Below are positions 13,460 through 27,892 of a stretch of DNA of 64,000 nucleotides, in pieces (position 1 is the first letter of the stretch; each line of letters opens with the position of its first letter). Location: assembly GCF_009914755.1 (NCBI RefSeq), contig NC_060935.1. The stretch is one strand, 5' to 3'. A model generated the notes under the pieces. That model was not told the DNA's origin. It saw only the letters and a list, made by a program, of their open reading frames with translations, and ran no database searches. Source of the DNA: the human T2T-CHM13v2.0 reference genome, Homo sapiens. The position numbers were made by a program, and so were the translations under genes.

Positions 13460-15689
13460 CCTCAGGATGTTTTCTGAAGGCAGCAGGAATGTAAGCTCTC
13501 TGGGAGCAGAGACTACCCTGTTTCAGGCTGTGACTACCAACCAAGCCTTTATTGAGCACCTACTGCATGCCAGGCCCTGTTCAGATGGGGAACATGCAGC
13601 AAATGGGACCGAGAGCCCCCTGCCCTGTGGAGCTCACGTGCTGCCTGCCGGTAAGTGTTGAGTAAATATTTGTGGTTGGTTGATGAAAATCTCCTACAGG
13701 CAAACAGGCCCTTGAAAGAAAAGAAGCTGAGGAGGGGGGCAGGGGGAACCGGAGGGAAGTGAGTGGCGGGAGGGAGGGGCGCACTTGACTAAGCATCTGC
13801 TACATGCCAGTCATCACAGTGACTGCTGGCAGCCCTGGAAGTGGGGCCTCCCCATGCCGGAGCTGCTGGGGCCAGGTCTCTGCACCTTCCCCTGCTCTGG
13901 AGAACTATGCAGAAATGGCTGATACTCCGTCTGAACTCATGAGGAACACAGTCTCCTATTCATGGGGAGCTGGGGACAAGGGGACCTACAGTCTGGGATG
14001 TGGTTAGGAACAGCCCCACGTCCTCCAAGCTCTCGAGCCCTTTCTCAGTGGTCCCGGGAGGAGAGCTGTTTGATGCCTGCTGGCTTTGGGGGGATTAAGC
14101 CTATTATGGAGGCTCCCGGGGCTTATCTGATGCCTTTCTCCACCTGTTTTCAGATATTCCAGGAAGACCAAGGGGAATCTTCTATGTCCAGGCTGAGCCA
14201 AGAGCAGAAATTCTTTAATTAGCTTTCTCCTGGATCAGGGCCCTGGCGGATGGATTGGTCACTGGGGGTGGGGCGGGGGGAGGGGAAAGGGATTGAAGTC
14301 CTCTTTAAAGCAGAGATTACAAACCCAGGGTGAAGGGCTTCAGGGCAGTTGCCAGGGACGGGCGGGTCCTGAGCAGGCCCTCCCCAGTCAGCGGCTCCTC
14401 GGGGTCTGGCAGATGGAATCTGCCACCAGGAAGATGCAGGGATGTGCTCTATTGAGCCCGCGGTCCTCAGGAAGCTGGCACAGATAGATGCTTGGCACAG
14501 TCCAGGCTGTGTGCCCGGGTCTCCTAATGAATGTGGCTCTTCCCCATGTGACCATCCAGATCTGTAACTTCATAATTAGGGGGGATTTCCTGAAGGGGCG
14601 CCCATCTGCGAGAGGCAAGGCAGCGGGGGCCAGTGGTGCCAGGCGCCAGGCATCTGTCACCGAGCTTCATCCTCACGGCAGGGAGGTGCGGCAGGCTGGC
14701 TTACTCCCATTTTAAAACCAGCAAACCAAGGCCCAGATCTAAGCAGCTTGCCCAAGGCAATGGTGACGGAGTTAGCTCTGGAACCAGGTCTGTCCGGGTT
14801 CCCCCCACTGCCCCGAGTCCTGGCCCCATGAGGCCTCATGAAGAGACCAGGCTGAGGGTCAGTGAGCTGGAGGGAAATGCACACCCATGAGCCCCAGCCA
14901 GAGCGCCCTGTGGGGAACTAGACCTCCCCAGGAAGACCTCCCACAGGAAGCCGTCCCTGAGCAGCCCCCAGCGCCTTGGATTCCTGCACAGATGCACGGA
15001 GCCCCCACGCTATGCCCCTGCTGCCCCGCTACACAGGGAGCAAGGACTGGGTCTTAATCACTTCGTGCCCTTTGAATGCAGAAAGGAAGGTTGCGTCCAC
15101 CTCAGCTTGGGAAACTGGAAAGAAGACTGGCAGGAAGCCAGGGGCACAGGATAGGCCAGGCTATGCCTCAAAAGATGGGGGACAGGGACAGAGGGAGCCA
15201 AGAGAGGAGACTGCTGGGGATCCCAGGCTGGAGCTCTCCTGCTGGCTGCCTTGCATAGGGAGGCACACGCAATGTGAGAGGGCAGGAGGCCGAGCCAGAT
15301 GCCCGGGGCTGCGGCCGTGTGAAGTGTGGCTCGCGTTCTCTCCCTTGATCTCCTCCTAAAAGGCAGCTCCCCTGTGCTCCGGAAGCACTGGACACAGGTA
15401 GAGCAGGCAGAGAAAGACATCTGGACCCAGACCCCATGGGCATGGCCCTGCCACCCGCCCCAGCCTCCCTTCCCAGTGCAGCAAGCTGAGCCATTCCCAG
15501 AGCAGACTGCCCCAGGGCCCCTGTCCCCAGTCCCTGACTCTCAGACAGGTTTTCCCCTGGGATCCGGTCATGACGGGTGACTTGTAGGACCCTAGGGCAC
15601 CCCAGCTGCCCGGGTACATCTCCCTTGTTCCCCCTTGCAGCCCCAGCACCTGCTGCAGGAATTAATGAAACGAATGAATGACTGTTACA

Positions 15690-15990
15690 GACTACATGGG
15701 AGCGACAGCAAACCCAGGTCTGGGGAAGTTCCTGGAGGGGAGGGTTTCTCAGCTGGGACCTGGAGGACGGTCGGAGTCAGCCAAGGAAATGGAGGAGAGG
15801 GTGCTCCTGACAGAGGTAAGTGCCCAGGCAAAGGCCAGGAGCAGAGACAGAACATGCAGCTATAAAGCCCAAAGTCACCCAACCCGGCTAGAATGGATAG
15901 GGTAGGAGAGGGAATGAATGAATGAGAAAAGGCAGGAGAAGTTCTGGGGCTAGATGACAGAGGTGGCCATCAGGGCAAGAAGGCTGAGGT
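15690..15990 (-). mobile_element. L2 fragment
   Basis: Degenerate L2-like motifs (gagctgggacctggagga...gcaaaggcc...gaatgaatgaatg). Confidence 0.45.
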
Positions 15991-16379
15991 CACCACTAGA
16001 GCTTCCCACAGTGGAGGATTCCAGGGGATTCCAAAGAAGCCAAGATAACAGCCAGGGCCGCCCAGCTCTGGAGGTCCCCATGTCCATCACAGTCATTCCA
16101 CCCCACCCTGAGCTTTGCAGTACACCCCTGGCACCAGTCATGAGGTTGCAGAGAGAGTTGAAACCCTGAAGCAGGAAGCAGCATTCCCCCAGTGAGAGGC
16201 CAGGCCCAGAGAAACCCCAGCCTCTGCCAAGGAAGCGTGAGGACCCCAAGGGCAAGGGAGCTGGTGGGGGTAGGGGTGAGACTGGAAGTTGAACCCACAG
16301 GGAGGAGGGAAAGCAAAGGATACAAAGGCAGTGGCGGCAGCAGCCCCGCTGAGACTTGCTGTGAGCAGAGAGGAGCCCT

Positions 16380-16700
16380 GTTTACCTGGCATGAAGCAAG
16401 TATTTCCAGGCACCTACTACATGCGGGTTTGGTGTGAGATGCAGGGGTGGGGGACAGCACCTGAGGAAGCACCTGCCTCCCCGGCTGCGCCACACCTGTA
16501 CACAGCAATACTTCCAGCACCCGCCTCTCTAGTGGGTGAAGAATGATGTCTCTCATTTCAATTAGCTTTTTCTTGATTACTTGCGAAGTTCTGCATCTTT
16601 TCACTTGTTTACTGGCCATTTGTTTTTCTCCTACCGGGAATTGCCTGTCCACATCTTTCACCCATTTTTCTTATTGATTTGTAGGAGCTCTTCGCATATT
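16380..16700 (-). mobile_element. Old L1 (L1M-type) fragment
   Basis: gcatcttttcacttgtttactggccatttgt...ttgcctgtccacatctttcacccatttt...ttgatttgtaggagctctt resembles the antisense L1 ORF2 3' region. Confidence 0.7.
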
Positions 16701-19700
16701 AAGAGAGGAGTAGAGAAGCAGCCTTCTCCTAGGGCAGGGCCCTCAGAGTCTCCCTCCAGGGTCCTCGGTCCCAGGGAAGGCAGAGAGATTTGTGTGGGTT
16801 GCTGGGTGCTCCCGCTGAATCTCTGCCCCCTGCCTGGCTCCCGATCAGCCAACTCTGCCAGAAGATGAGGCATCTCCTGCAGGTGAGGGCCCCTGTCAGG
16901 CCTGCATCCTGACTGGTAAAACCCAGAGGGCTTATTTTTCACTTACACTGAGAAGTCTACACTGCCAGTGGCTGGCAAGGTGCCCCAGATGGCACCTGAG
17001 GGGAGCCAGCTGGCATACCCGGGCATCGCAGAGGACAGAATGACTCTCGCCATCCCAGGTCAGTCTAGCAGGGACCATATGACAAATGGAACAGGTCCTG
17101 AAGCCTCAGGCCGGCCCTCCCACTAGAATTCCAGGCCCCCTCCCGGTCCTGGCACACACCTTCCCTGTCCCCCTTTCCAACTACAACGGTCCCTAAAGAG
17201 CAACCCCGGCCAGGGCCGCTCAGCTCTGGAGGTCACCATGTCCATCACAGTCACTCCACCCTCCACCCCACCCTCAGCTTTGCAGGAGACACCTGAGCCC
17301 TTGCCGCTTGCCCTCGGCCACCTGACCTTTCAGGGCCAGAACCATCCCTGCATTTTATTTTCCCTCCAGAGCATTCCACATTTCAGTGGACAAACACGCA
17401 GGCCATAAAACTGATTTCCAAAGCCTATAAAGGCAATAACATTTAGGGAGGAGGAAAAATAAAGCCCCTCCTTTCCCAGAGTAACGGCTGCCAGGAGTCC
17501 TCGAGGGGCCCCTTCTGCAGCTTGAGGGGAGCAGCGCAGGGCCAGCTTGCAGCCTTCCCCGCGCCAGGTGGTAAATGGCCACCCAGCACATGTTCCGAGG
17601 GCCCACGGCAGCCAGAGAGACTGCAAACTGCCTGCTTACCCTCTTCTCTGGTGCCCCTGCCCAAGGCTGTGTGGTTCCCCAAGAACCAGGGAAGCCTCGT
17701 TGGCACCCCGCGCCTGCCCTCTCTCCCCTTCCCCCACTAAGCTCCCTGCAAGGACCCCTGGAGCAGCTTCCCGGCTGGTCCAAGTCACCCCTGCTGCAGC
17801 CAGCGCAGGGGATGGCCCATGCTGTGGGCGGCCCGATGGACGTCCTAGGCAGCCAAACCCACCGTCCTGCTCCCCGCCACGCTCGGCTGAGCCCTCTGGG
17901 GAACAGAAAGGACACTGCCACAAAGGTGGCCACCATGACCTCGATGGCAGAGTGGGAGTGGATCCCATCAGAGACCAGAAAGCTCAGCCTTCCCTCAAGC
18001 TCTCCAGACACACCCATCCTGGGCTGTCACCAAGTTCACTAACCAGAACAACACCTAGAGTGGTCACCATGTGCCCACAACTCCTCATTCATTCATTCAC
18101 CCATTCATTGATTCAGTTAAGGGCACTTCCCAGGATACATAGGGAAAAGATCTGGGTTCAAGCTTCCTGGATCCCAGACAAGTCACTTATGGTCTCTATA
18201 GCATAGCTTCCCAACCTGAGAAGTGGGACTCATAGCCGCATCTCAGGCCATGACTGTGATGGTTATTCTGGGCTGGGAGAGCTGCTGGATGAGGGTGGGA
18301 TGCGTTGGCAGCTGCAAGGCTGGGCCCAGTATGAGGGCAAGGTCCAGAGGGGAGGGGCCTGCCTGGAGGCTGGGGGATGCACCAAAGGACCCCAACAGTC
18401 CTTTCCAGGCAAGGATGCAACAAGGCCAGGAGACAAGGCCTGTGGGGGTAACATTCCTGCCTTCAGGGCAGACCCACCGGAGAGGGTCAGAGGGACCCCC
18501 CGCCACCGACCTGTGAGGGACCCGGGTGGCTTCCAGGAGCCCCAGGCCCGGAAGTCACTCATCCTCCTTTTCCTCAGGGATTAGAACACATCGTGACGTG
18601 GAATTAGCCACGGGCTCAGCCTCTGAAAAGAGGTGGAGAGAATCGGGAGATGGGGATCTTCCAACCAGGGAGCCCCTCCCTGCACAGGGGCCTCCCCAAG
18701 TCTCTGCAGGGATGGGGGGATGAGGAAGTGGGGGTGCCAGCCCCCGGGAGCAGCGGGGAGGGCTGGTGCGGGGCTGGAGTGGGCATCTCAGCATTTGCAT
18801 GGAGAGCTCTCTCTGGTGCTGAATTCATGCAGCCGCCTGTGTGATTCCTAAGGCGAGACGAATCTCCAGGCCGCTTTTCTCAGCAGGAACAAGGCTTTTC
18901 TTCAAATCGATGGTGACACATTTTTAAACTCCGATATTAAGGAGGGAAAGATTTTGCCAGCCCCCCAGGGGCAACCCTTATTAGTCACAGGCTCATCTGA
19001 GAGAAACAGCAACAGCAGACCCAGTGGGCCTGAGCAAGACAAGAGGCCCAGAGGCCAGCTGCCGTGAGCACGACACAGGGGAGTCGACAGTGACAAATAG
19101 GAGGGCAGCGGCGGGGGGGTCTCCTGAGCTGGGGCACAGCCATGTGAGGGGCGAGCACTTTGGGATGGGCTCTGGAGCAAGGGATAAACCATCCTTGGGG
19201 GAGATAAAGAATAGTTGGTGAGGATACTAGAGAGGAAAAATGAAGAAAAAAGGCCAAGAGGAGAAAGAAAAGAAGGCATTCAGCTGAAACTTAAATTGAC
19301 TTCCAAGCTTGGAGTTATGGATCCTAAAATCTTGTTACAAATTTTGCAGTGGCTGCTGGGAAGCTCAGAGCTGCATCTCATATTCAGTTGCAACAGATTT
19401 GCTCAGCCTAGTTTTGAGGTGTCATCTGGGCCGGGTCAGGAGAGGATACCAGGAGCCAAGATACCCCCAAGTAGCCATCGAGAGTGTAAACTACAAGGGC
19501 AGATATGAGCCGTAGTTCCTCGGAAGGCCACACACCAGCATCGAGTAGCAGGTGCCAGGGCAGAGAGCAGGCCGTGACCAGGAACCAGGCAAGAGGCTGG
19601 TGGCCTGGAAAGCACGTGCTGAGGGCATCCAGGCCGCAGAGTTCCAGGTGGGACCAGGAGCACAGTTCTTAGGAGATACCCAGCTCAGCATCCCCTGCTG

Positions 19701-19829
19701 TGGCTTGGTTCTTTTTGTTCCTGTTTTAATGGTTCTCAATTTTACTGTTCCTATTTTTCAGTGGAAATAAGTAAATGTTTTTTAAAAAATTAATGCCAAC
19801 TCATATGCCCATTTCCTTGGTGACAGCAG

Positions 19830-20010
19830 TCACCATTTACTGAATTCCAATGACTTGTCAAGTGTTTGCATGCACCATCCTCTGCCTTCAGAGGGGACAT
19901 CGCTCTCCTGGGTTTACAGATGAGGAAACTGAGGTTCAGGGGAGAGGTGTATCCCGGCCAAGGTCACAAGAGCTAGCAAGTGGCCACAGCAGGACTTGAA
20001 CCCAGCCCTG
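19830..20010 (-). mobile_element. MIR
   Basis: tttacagatgaggaaactgagg...ccaaggtcaca...gctagcaagtggc...ggacttgaaccca. Confidence 0.8.
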
Positions 20011-20370
20011 TCCCATGCGCACCGGAAGGCTCCTGCCTCCTTGTTAGGAGGAAGAGGAGGCTGGGTGGAGGCCGAGGCCAGGGAGGCCCTGAGAGGCAGT
20101 CAGCTGACCCACAGAACCCCCTCCCCGGCACTGCCTGGTCTCCTCCCGCGCAAACATACCCCACCTTCCTGTGACCCTCACGGGGAAAGCTCCCCGCAGG
20201 CTGCCAGAGGGGATTTAGCTCCTTTGACAATTGAAGCTGCAAAGCTCTCCTCACAAATGTCAATTCTGGGCCATTTGCTTCGTAGATTTTAATGTTCCTG
20301 TTTCTCCTCAACGTCCTCAGCAAGGTAGCTCTTGCTTTTCAAAAGGGATGTGGCGTTTGATGATGTTTAA

Positions 20371-20913
<543 letters not shown>

Positions 20914-21508
20914 TAATGAACCGAAGGGAATGCCAGCCATGCCTCAGTGGAGGAAGCCGCCAGTGACCTCTCAGCCCCACCTCTGCTCACTGCCTCCCGC
21001 ACCACTGTCAGGACAAGCTCTGTCCTGGTGCCCATCCTCCCCCGGATCTGCAGCCCACATGCTCTCCATGCTCCTGCATCCTCCCGTCCTCCCTGGCTTC
21101 CATCTCCTGACACCCGGCGCGGATATAAACAGCCGCGTCCCTGCCCCTGCCAGGAGTGGACAGAGCAGGAGACTCCCACATAGCCGTGCCCACCAGGGCA
21201 GCCTGCTTCCCCATAAGACTCCTTAGCCATGAGCCATCATGAGTTCCTGTATGTCCTTCCAGGGGCAGGCATGCTCGGGCTGCCCCCACCGCAGAGGAGC
21301 CCTGTCCAGGGACGGAGACCCAGAGTCCATGGAGCTGCCCCTGCCCTCGAGGGGCTCGGAGTCCTGTGGGTGGTGAAGTGAGATCCCTCACTGCTAATAA
21401 CAGTCACTACCGTTTATGAGCCCCTCCAGTGTGGTAATGCGTTTTTTTCCTATTAATGCCCCCATAAGGAACAGATGGGAAACCCCAAGGCCTAAAGAGG
21501 CAGGGGCT

Positions 21509-21978
<470 letters not shown>

Positions 21979-22469
21979 TCAGCAGATGGCAGCCAGGCCC
22001 TGACAGGGCCACTTCAGTCACCTGGCTTCTCTGGGGACATCCCCTGTCCTAGCCCACCTCACGCCCCACTGCACAGGCCGTTTCCATGTGACCACACATC
22101 TTTCCCAATGGAAGGCAGAGCAGGCATGGACCGCCTTGCTGGCAGTGGGGAGTGAGGGGCCCAGGCTGCCTGCCCTGTGCCCTCATGGTCAGGAAGCCCA
22201 TCCAAGAGACTCTGGCAGTCAGGAGAGGGCCGTCCCCTCGGCCATGCCAGGTCCAGCAGGTGACTCGATTCCCTACCACGAATATGGGAAGGAGGTGCCT
22301 TCAGCCTGTTCAGGATAGAGGGACCATTCCCCCGTTCCCAGCCCCACCAAGGGCTGGGTGCAGGGCAGGTGCTGGCTGATGGGATGCCCGGTTCAGCGGG
22401 TCTCAGCAGCCCTCCCAGAGCAGCAGCTATGGCAACAAGAACTAGAGCTGGCATCTCCTGGGCGCTCAC

Positions 22470-22670
22470 TCTGTGCCAGACACTGTACTGAGCATCCTAC
22501 ACAAGCAGTCTCCTCTCAAACCCACAGTGCTGGGGGCTGGGTCCCCATGCACTCTTATCCCTGTTTTACAGACAAGAAAACAGGCTCAGAGAGGTTAAGT
22601 GATTTGCCCAAGGTCACAAAGCTGGTACACGGTGAAGCCAGGACTTGTACCCAGGACTCCAACTCCCAGT
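22470..22670 (-). mobile_element. MIR
   Basis: ttttacagacaagaaaacaggctcagagaggttaagtgatttgcccaaggtcaca. Confidence 0.8.
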
Positions 22671-22687
22671 TACAAGATGTCCCATAT

Positions 22688-22975
22688 GGCCAGGCACAGT
22701 GGCTCATGCCTGTAATCCTAGCACTTTGGGAGGCCTAGGCAGGAGGATCACTTGAGCCCAGGAGTTTGAGACCAGCCTGGGCAATATGGTGTAAATCCAC
22801 TTCTACCAAAAATACAAAAATTAGCTGGGCATGGTTGCATGAGCCTGTGGTCCCAGCAACTCGGGAGGCTAAGGTGGGAGGATTGCTTGAGCCCAGGAGG
22901 TCAAGGCTGCAGTGAGCTGTGGTCACACCAGTGTACTCCAGCCTGGGTGGCAGAGCAAGACCCTATCTTTAAGAA
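22688..22975 (+). mobile_element. Alu (AluJ-like)
   Basis: J-type motifs cttgagcccaggag and ggtcaaggctgcagtgagct. Confidence 0.92.
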
Positions 22976-24082
22976 AATGTCCACATGGAGAATCCACAGT
23001 AGATGGGGCTATTCGTGGTGGGGGAGGTGAGGAGACGGGGCCTGGGTCCTTGACTGTTAATCCTGCTATGTCCTGGAGGCCATGCCAAGCTGGCACCAGG
23101 CCCGGCCAGGACTCATCCAGGAAGCCCCAGGGTCAGGGTCTGGAGAGTGTCTGAGCCCACTCTAGAGGTCTAGGGAAAAGATTCAAGTCAACGCACCCAC
23201 AGACATTGCCATCTGCACAGAGCCGGGGAGCGGGGGCACTGTGGCCACCACGTGCTGCTGCAGCCAGACCCCTTCATATCCTAGGCACACAGAGTACCCA
23301 TCCGTTAAACGGGCAGGCAAGCCACGGCCTCCTGGGGAGCCCTGAAACCAGCTCGGCTGTGCCTTGCCAAGGAACTGGCGGATCATTCCAGGAGAGCGAG
23401 CCAAGGGCTGCAGATCCAGCCCTTTTCATGCTTGGCCAATTTAATGGTCCCCATTAATTTCAAAACACACACATTCCCACAAGCTCCGGCCTCCTCGGCT
23501 CAGTGCTCGGGTGGACAGCACACCGGGGACGCAAGCAGGGGCACAGGTGCAGGCGCTGAGGCCTCAAGGACAGGAAGGAGCCACAGAGGACGTGCTCGGG
23601 ACACTGGGCACAGGGTAGGAGGCAGGGTGGCCACCCCATGTGGGGGCAGCAGACTCCTAGCTGGGGTTTTCTAACTACGAGTCTGCCGCGAGGGGGAGAA
23701 AAGGCCCTTGGGTTTGTAGTTCTGCTTTGCCACCTTCCTGCTGTGTGACCCTGAACAGGTCACTGTCCCCCTCTGGGCTTTAGATCCTCCCCTGTCCTCC
23801 TCTACAGGACGCCAAATGCCAGGAGGGCAGGCACTGGGTTACACTGGGCCTTGTACCTCCAGCACCTCAAAAGGAGCCAGGAACCTCATAAGGACCTAGA
23901 AATGCCCACCACCATCCTAATCTGTAAAATGGATCAGCCCCTTCAGGCCTAGAGGGGTGGGGTAGGGGGCTGGGCTAGGCAGGAAGAGGGGACTTAGAGG
24001 GTGTCACTGATTCGTGCAGCCCCTCCCACCATCTGACCAACTCTCAAGGGCATGGAGTCACTTATTCATTCAACAAACATCA

Positions 24083-24220
24083 GGTCAGACATGGTGGCTC
24101 ACACCTGTAATCCGACCATGCTGGGAAGCCAAGGCAAGAGGATGACTTGAGCTCAGGAGTTTGAGATCAGCCTGGGCAACACAGGGAAACCCTACCTCTA
24201 CAAAAAAATTTACAAAATAA
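24083..24220 (+). mobile_element. Alu left monomer (FLAM-like)
   Basis: Single arm followed by an A-rich tail. Confidence 0.8.
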
Positions 24221-24668
24221 ATCTACTGAAACCCAGGACAGAGAGCTACTGGGTCCACAGTCTACTCTCACATTCCCCATGGAAATGACAGAAGAACTTC
24301 AGGTAAGAAGCAGGGGACGGGGCGGAAGACCTTGGGGTGGAAGGACCCTGGAAGGTCCTTTCTGAGTGCCGCCCCCCAGCCAATGCTCCACTCACTGGAC
24401 CAGACCCTGCGAGCCCACAAGGGCATCTCAATAATTCAGGAGGGATCCATCATTTATGAATTTATGTAACCACTGCCCGATCTTGTGGGGATGAGCCGCC
24501 CTCCTCTTGCACTGGTGGAAATTAGCTCCTGGCTGTGTCTGGGTGTTCCGGGCTTTCTAATGTGGGGAGGGGGCCTCTTGGACCCCAGGCATCCTGACTG
24601 GCCCCCCTGATCAACTCTGCCCCTCACTTCCAGACGACCCAGAGGGAGCTGGTGAAAAAGCAAAACTG

Positions 24669-24945
<277 letters not shown>

Positions 24946-24951
<6 letters not shown>

Positions 24952-25067
24952 AGGAAAGAAGGGAGGGTGGGAGGGAGGGAGGGAGGAAAGGAAGAGAGGA
25001 AGGAAAGAAAGGAAAAAGGGAAAGAAAGGAAGGAAGAAAGGAAAGAAAGGAAAAAGAAAGAAAAAAA
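24946..25067. repeat. Polypurine (GGGA/GGAA/GAAA)n low-complexity tract
   Basis: About 120 bp, almost all A/G. Confidence 0.95.
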
Positions 25068-25577
25068 CCTGATGGTCTCTCTCTTAAACCCCAAATCTGA
25101 AAGATGAGGGTTTGATTCCCAGCCCTGCCTTTTACCCAGAGCCGTGACCTGTGGGTGCCTCAGTGTCCTCATCTGTATAATGGGGGAAATGTCAGTGCCT
25201 GACTCAGACACGAGGCAACGTGTGCAGCGTGTTGAGCAGAAGGAACACTCAGTACCAAGCGGCAGGTGACAGGCTGCCCTCAGTCCAGAGCCGGAGCTCC
25301 ATGGGGCATGCCGGGGACTTGAGGGGGCTTGGGACACAGGATGCCGGGCAGGCTGAGGGAGCTGGAGCCCACCAGGAGGCCTCAGGGGACCCAGGAGCCC
25401 AGATTCAGATGTTGGTCCCATCTTTTTTACAACGACCCCTCCCCGCTGTGGCAAACTTCTGCCCCACCTCTCAGTTTCCTGGCCGTGAGGACAGACAGGA
25501 CACACCCACTCTCAGAACTCAAATTCATCAACCAAAAAAAAGAGAACAGAGAGGAGGTATTCCCTTCCCCCAACCCC

Positions 25578-25579
<2 letters not shown>

Positions 25580-25625
<46 letters not shown>
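25580..25625. repeat. (CA)n microsatellite, ~23 units
   Basis: Uninterrupted CA run. Confidence 0.98.
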
Positions 25626-25627
<2 letters not shown>

Positions 25628-26402
25628 TTCCTGGGGGCTCTGGAGCTCGGCAAACCTCCCATCCCAGCTCTACTACCATTTAGCTGTGTGACCTTTAGCA
25701 AGTTGTTTCACATCTCTGAGCCTCCATTTCACCATTAGCACAATGAGACTGATATAGTGCAAGAGAGATTAACTGCACACGGTATGAATGCAGCCTAGAC
25801 CTAGAGGGAGACACCTCCCACCCCAAGCTCTGGGTCTCCCTGTCCTTATTATCTTATGCTCCCTGCCCCCATTTTTCCACCTAGCAGCCCAAGTGATCTG
25901 ACCAAGCCCCCCCAACTCAGGCCCCGGCCGTGGCTCACTCCAGACCCCTCAGAGCCTTCCCACAGTGTCCCGTCCACCTCGCCCCTCCCTGTCTGTGCTC
26001 TCTCCCCACAGAATGCTCTTGCCCCGACTTCTGACTTAGCACCCCGTCCAACCCAAGCACCCTCTCCTCCAGGCAGCCTTCCCCACTGCTTCCCTCCCCT
26101 GTAGGCCAGACTCCTGCCTCTCATGCACCATGGTTCCTTTTCCATTCACATGTGTTACCCCTTATCCGGAATTAGAGACTGTGTCCTTTGCAGCCCAGGC
26201 CCACCCCACGGCGTGGTGCACAGCAGCCGTATCATCTATGTATGTTGCATGGATGAAAGTGCCTGAGTTCGAATTCTGGCTCAGTCACCTGCCGAGGTGG
26301 GGCTTGTTATCTGATCCCCGAAAATGGGGTAACAATCCTGCCTGCCTCTCGGGCCTCTGAGAGCACTGAGCACATCCAGAGTGGCCAGGGCACCGGAAAG
26401 TG

Positions 26403-26488
26403 GCCCGGCCCCACCTGCTCTTGGCTTCCCCGAGGAGGAGGGAGCCCGGCCCCACCTGCGCTTGGCTTCCCCGAGGAGGAGGGAGCCC
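26403..26488. repeat. 41-bp tandem duplication, 2 copies
   Basis: gcccggccccacctgc(t/g)cttggcttccccgaggaggaggga at 26403 and 26444. Confidence 0.93.
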
Positions 26489-27594
26489 AGGGCCAGGCCC
26501 ATGTCGCTAACAGGTTCCAGCTGCAAAGTCTGCTGTACAGCCAGCCCTGGACTCGTCGCTGGCCCGGCCATCTCCCCTGCCCACTGCGGAGAGGTTTCTG
26601 CTGTCGTGGTGGCCGGCAAGCCTCAGCAAACACATTAAAATCTGAAGTGACAGATAAAGCGATTTACGGCGACAGTTCAGCGTCAGATCACTTCCCACAA
26701 GGCAGTCCGCATCCCTGCGGGGCCCCTGCTTGGTAGTCCATCAAGGCGGTCTCTAAATCACTGACTCCAAGCAGTGCCCAGGGACAGCCGGACGCAGGGG
26801 CGGGTGGCCGCTCAGGTGGCCACTCAGGTTCTGGCCTGCTCCTTCTCACCAGGCCAGGCTCTGCTGGGCCCTCCAGGCGGCAGGAGAGGATGAGGCAGGG
26901 GCTGCCGGTGCTTGGGAGGAGGGCGGTGATAAGCGGCCAGCAGATTCTCACAAATCAAAGCCCCAAGACTTAAGGAGATAGAGCGCCACTTCATGACTTA
27001 TTTTAAATAAATAAGCGGCTTAAAAATCTCCCTGCGAGGTCGGCTTGTCGCTGTGAAACATGGCTTCCCACCCGTCCCCGCCGCACACCTGGGCCCCTCA
27101 AAGGCTAGCTGACCCGCCTCGCCTCCCGCCACCTCCTTGCAGAATTAATTGGTCCCTGCGGCGTTGCGTGGCACTTTGTTCAGACCTTGCTCCTAGCACT
27201 TTGTCACATTATACTCTGCTTAGTAGCTCTCGCTCCTGACTTCCCAGTAATCATTTCCTGGGGACTCTCCGTGTGCCAGGCCCTGGGCCCAGGGCTGGAC
27301 AGGCCTGAACTCCTGTCCTCCTCACCCCTGCCCTTCGGTGGAACTGATGCTGATGCCATTTCTCAGATGAGGAAGTAGAGGCCACGGAGTGGCCAGCAGG
27401 GGTGCTGGGACCCTGACCTGCTCCTGGCCACGGTGCGCACAGCCCATGCTCACTGCTCTGGGCTGGCATTGAAACAAAAGATCCCTTCCATCTTTGCACA
27501 AAGCCTTTCATCCATCTCTGCCCTGTCCTCTTATGACATGAAGGCCAAAGCCAGGCAGCTGGACCCCTGGGTTGGCCAAGAATGGGGATCTTTC

Positions 27595-27892
27595 TTTTTT
27601 TTTGAGATGGAATCTTGCTCTGTCACCCAGCAACCAGGATGGAGTGCAGTGGCACAATCTCGGCTCACCGCAACCTCCACCTCCCAGGTTCAAGCAATTC
27701 TTCTGCCGCAGCCTCCTGACTAGCTGGGACTACAGGCGCATGCCACTGTGTCCGGCTAATTTTTGTATTTTTAGTAGAGACCAGGTTTCACCATGTTGGC
27801 CAGGCTGCTCTCAAACTCCTGACCTCAAGCGATCCGCCCGCCTCGGCCTCCCAAAGTGCTAGGATAACAGGCGTGAGCCACCGTGCCTGGCC
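27595..27892 (-). mobile_element. Alu (AluS-like) with a ~20-bp TSD
   Basis: AAGAATGGGGATCTTTCTTT at 27578 and 27893. Confidence 0.95.
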
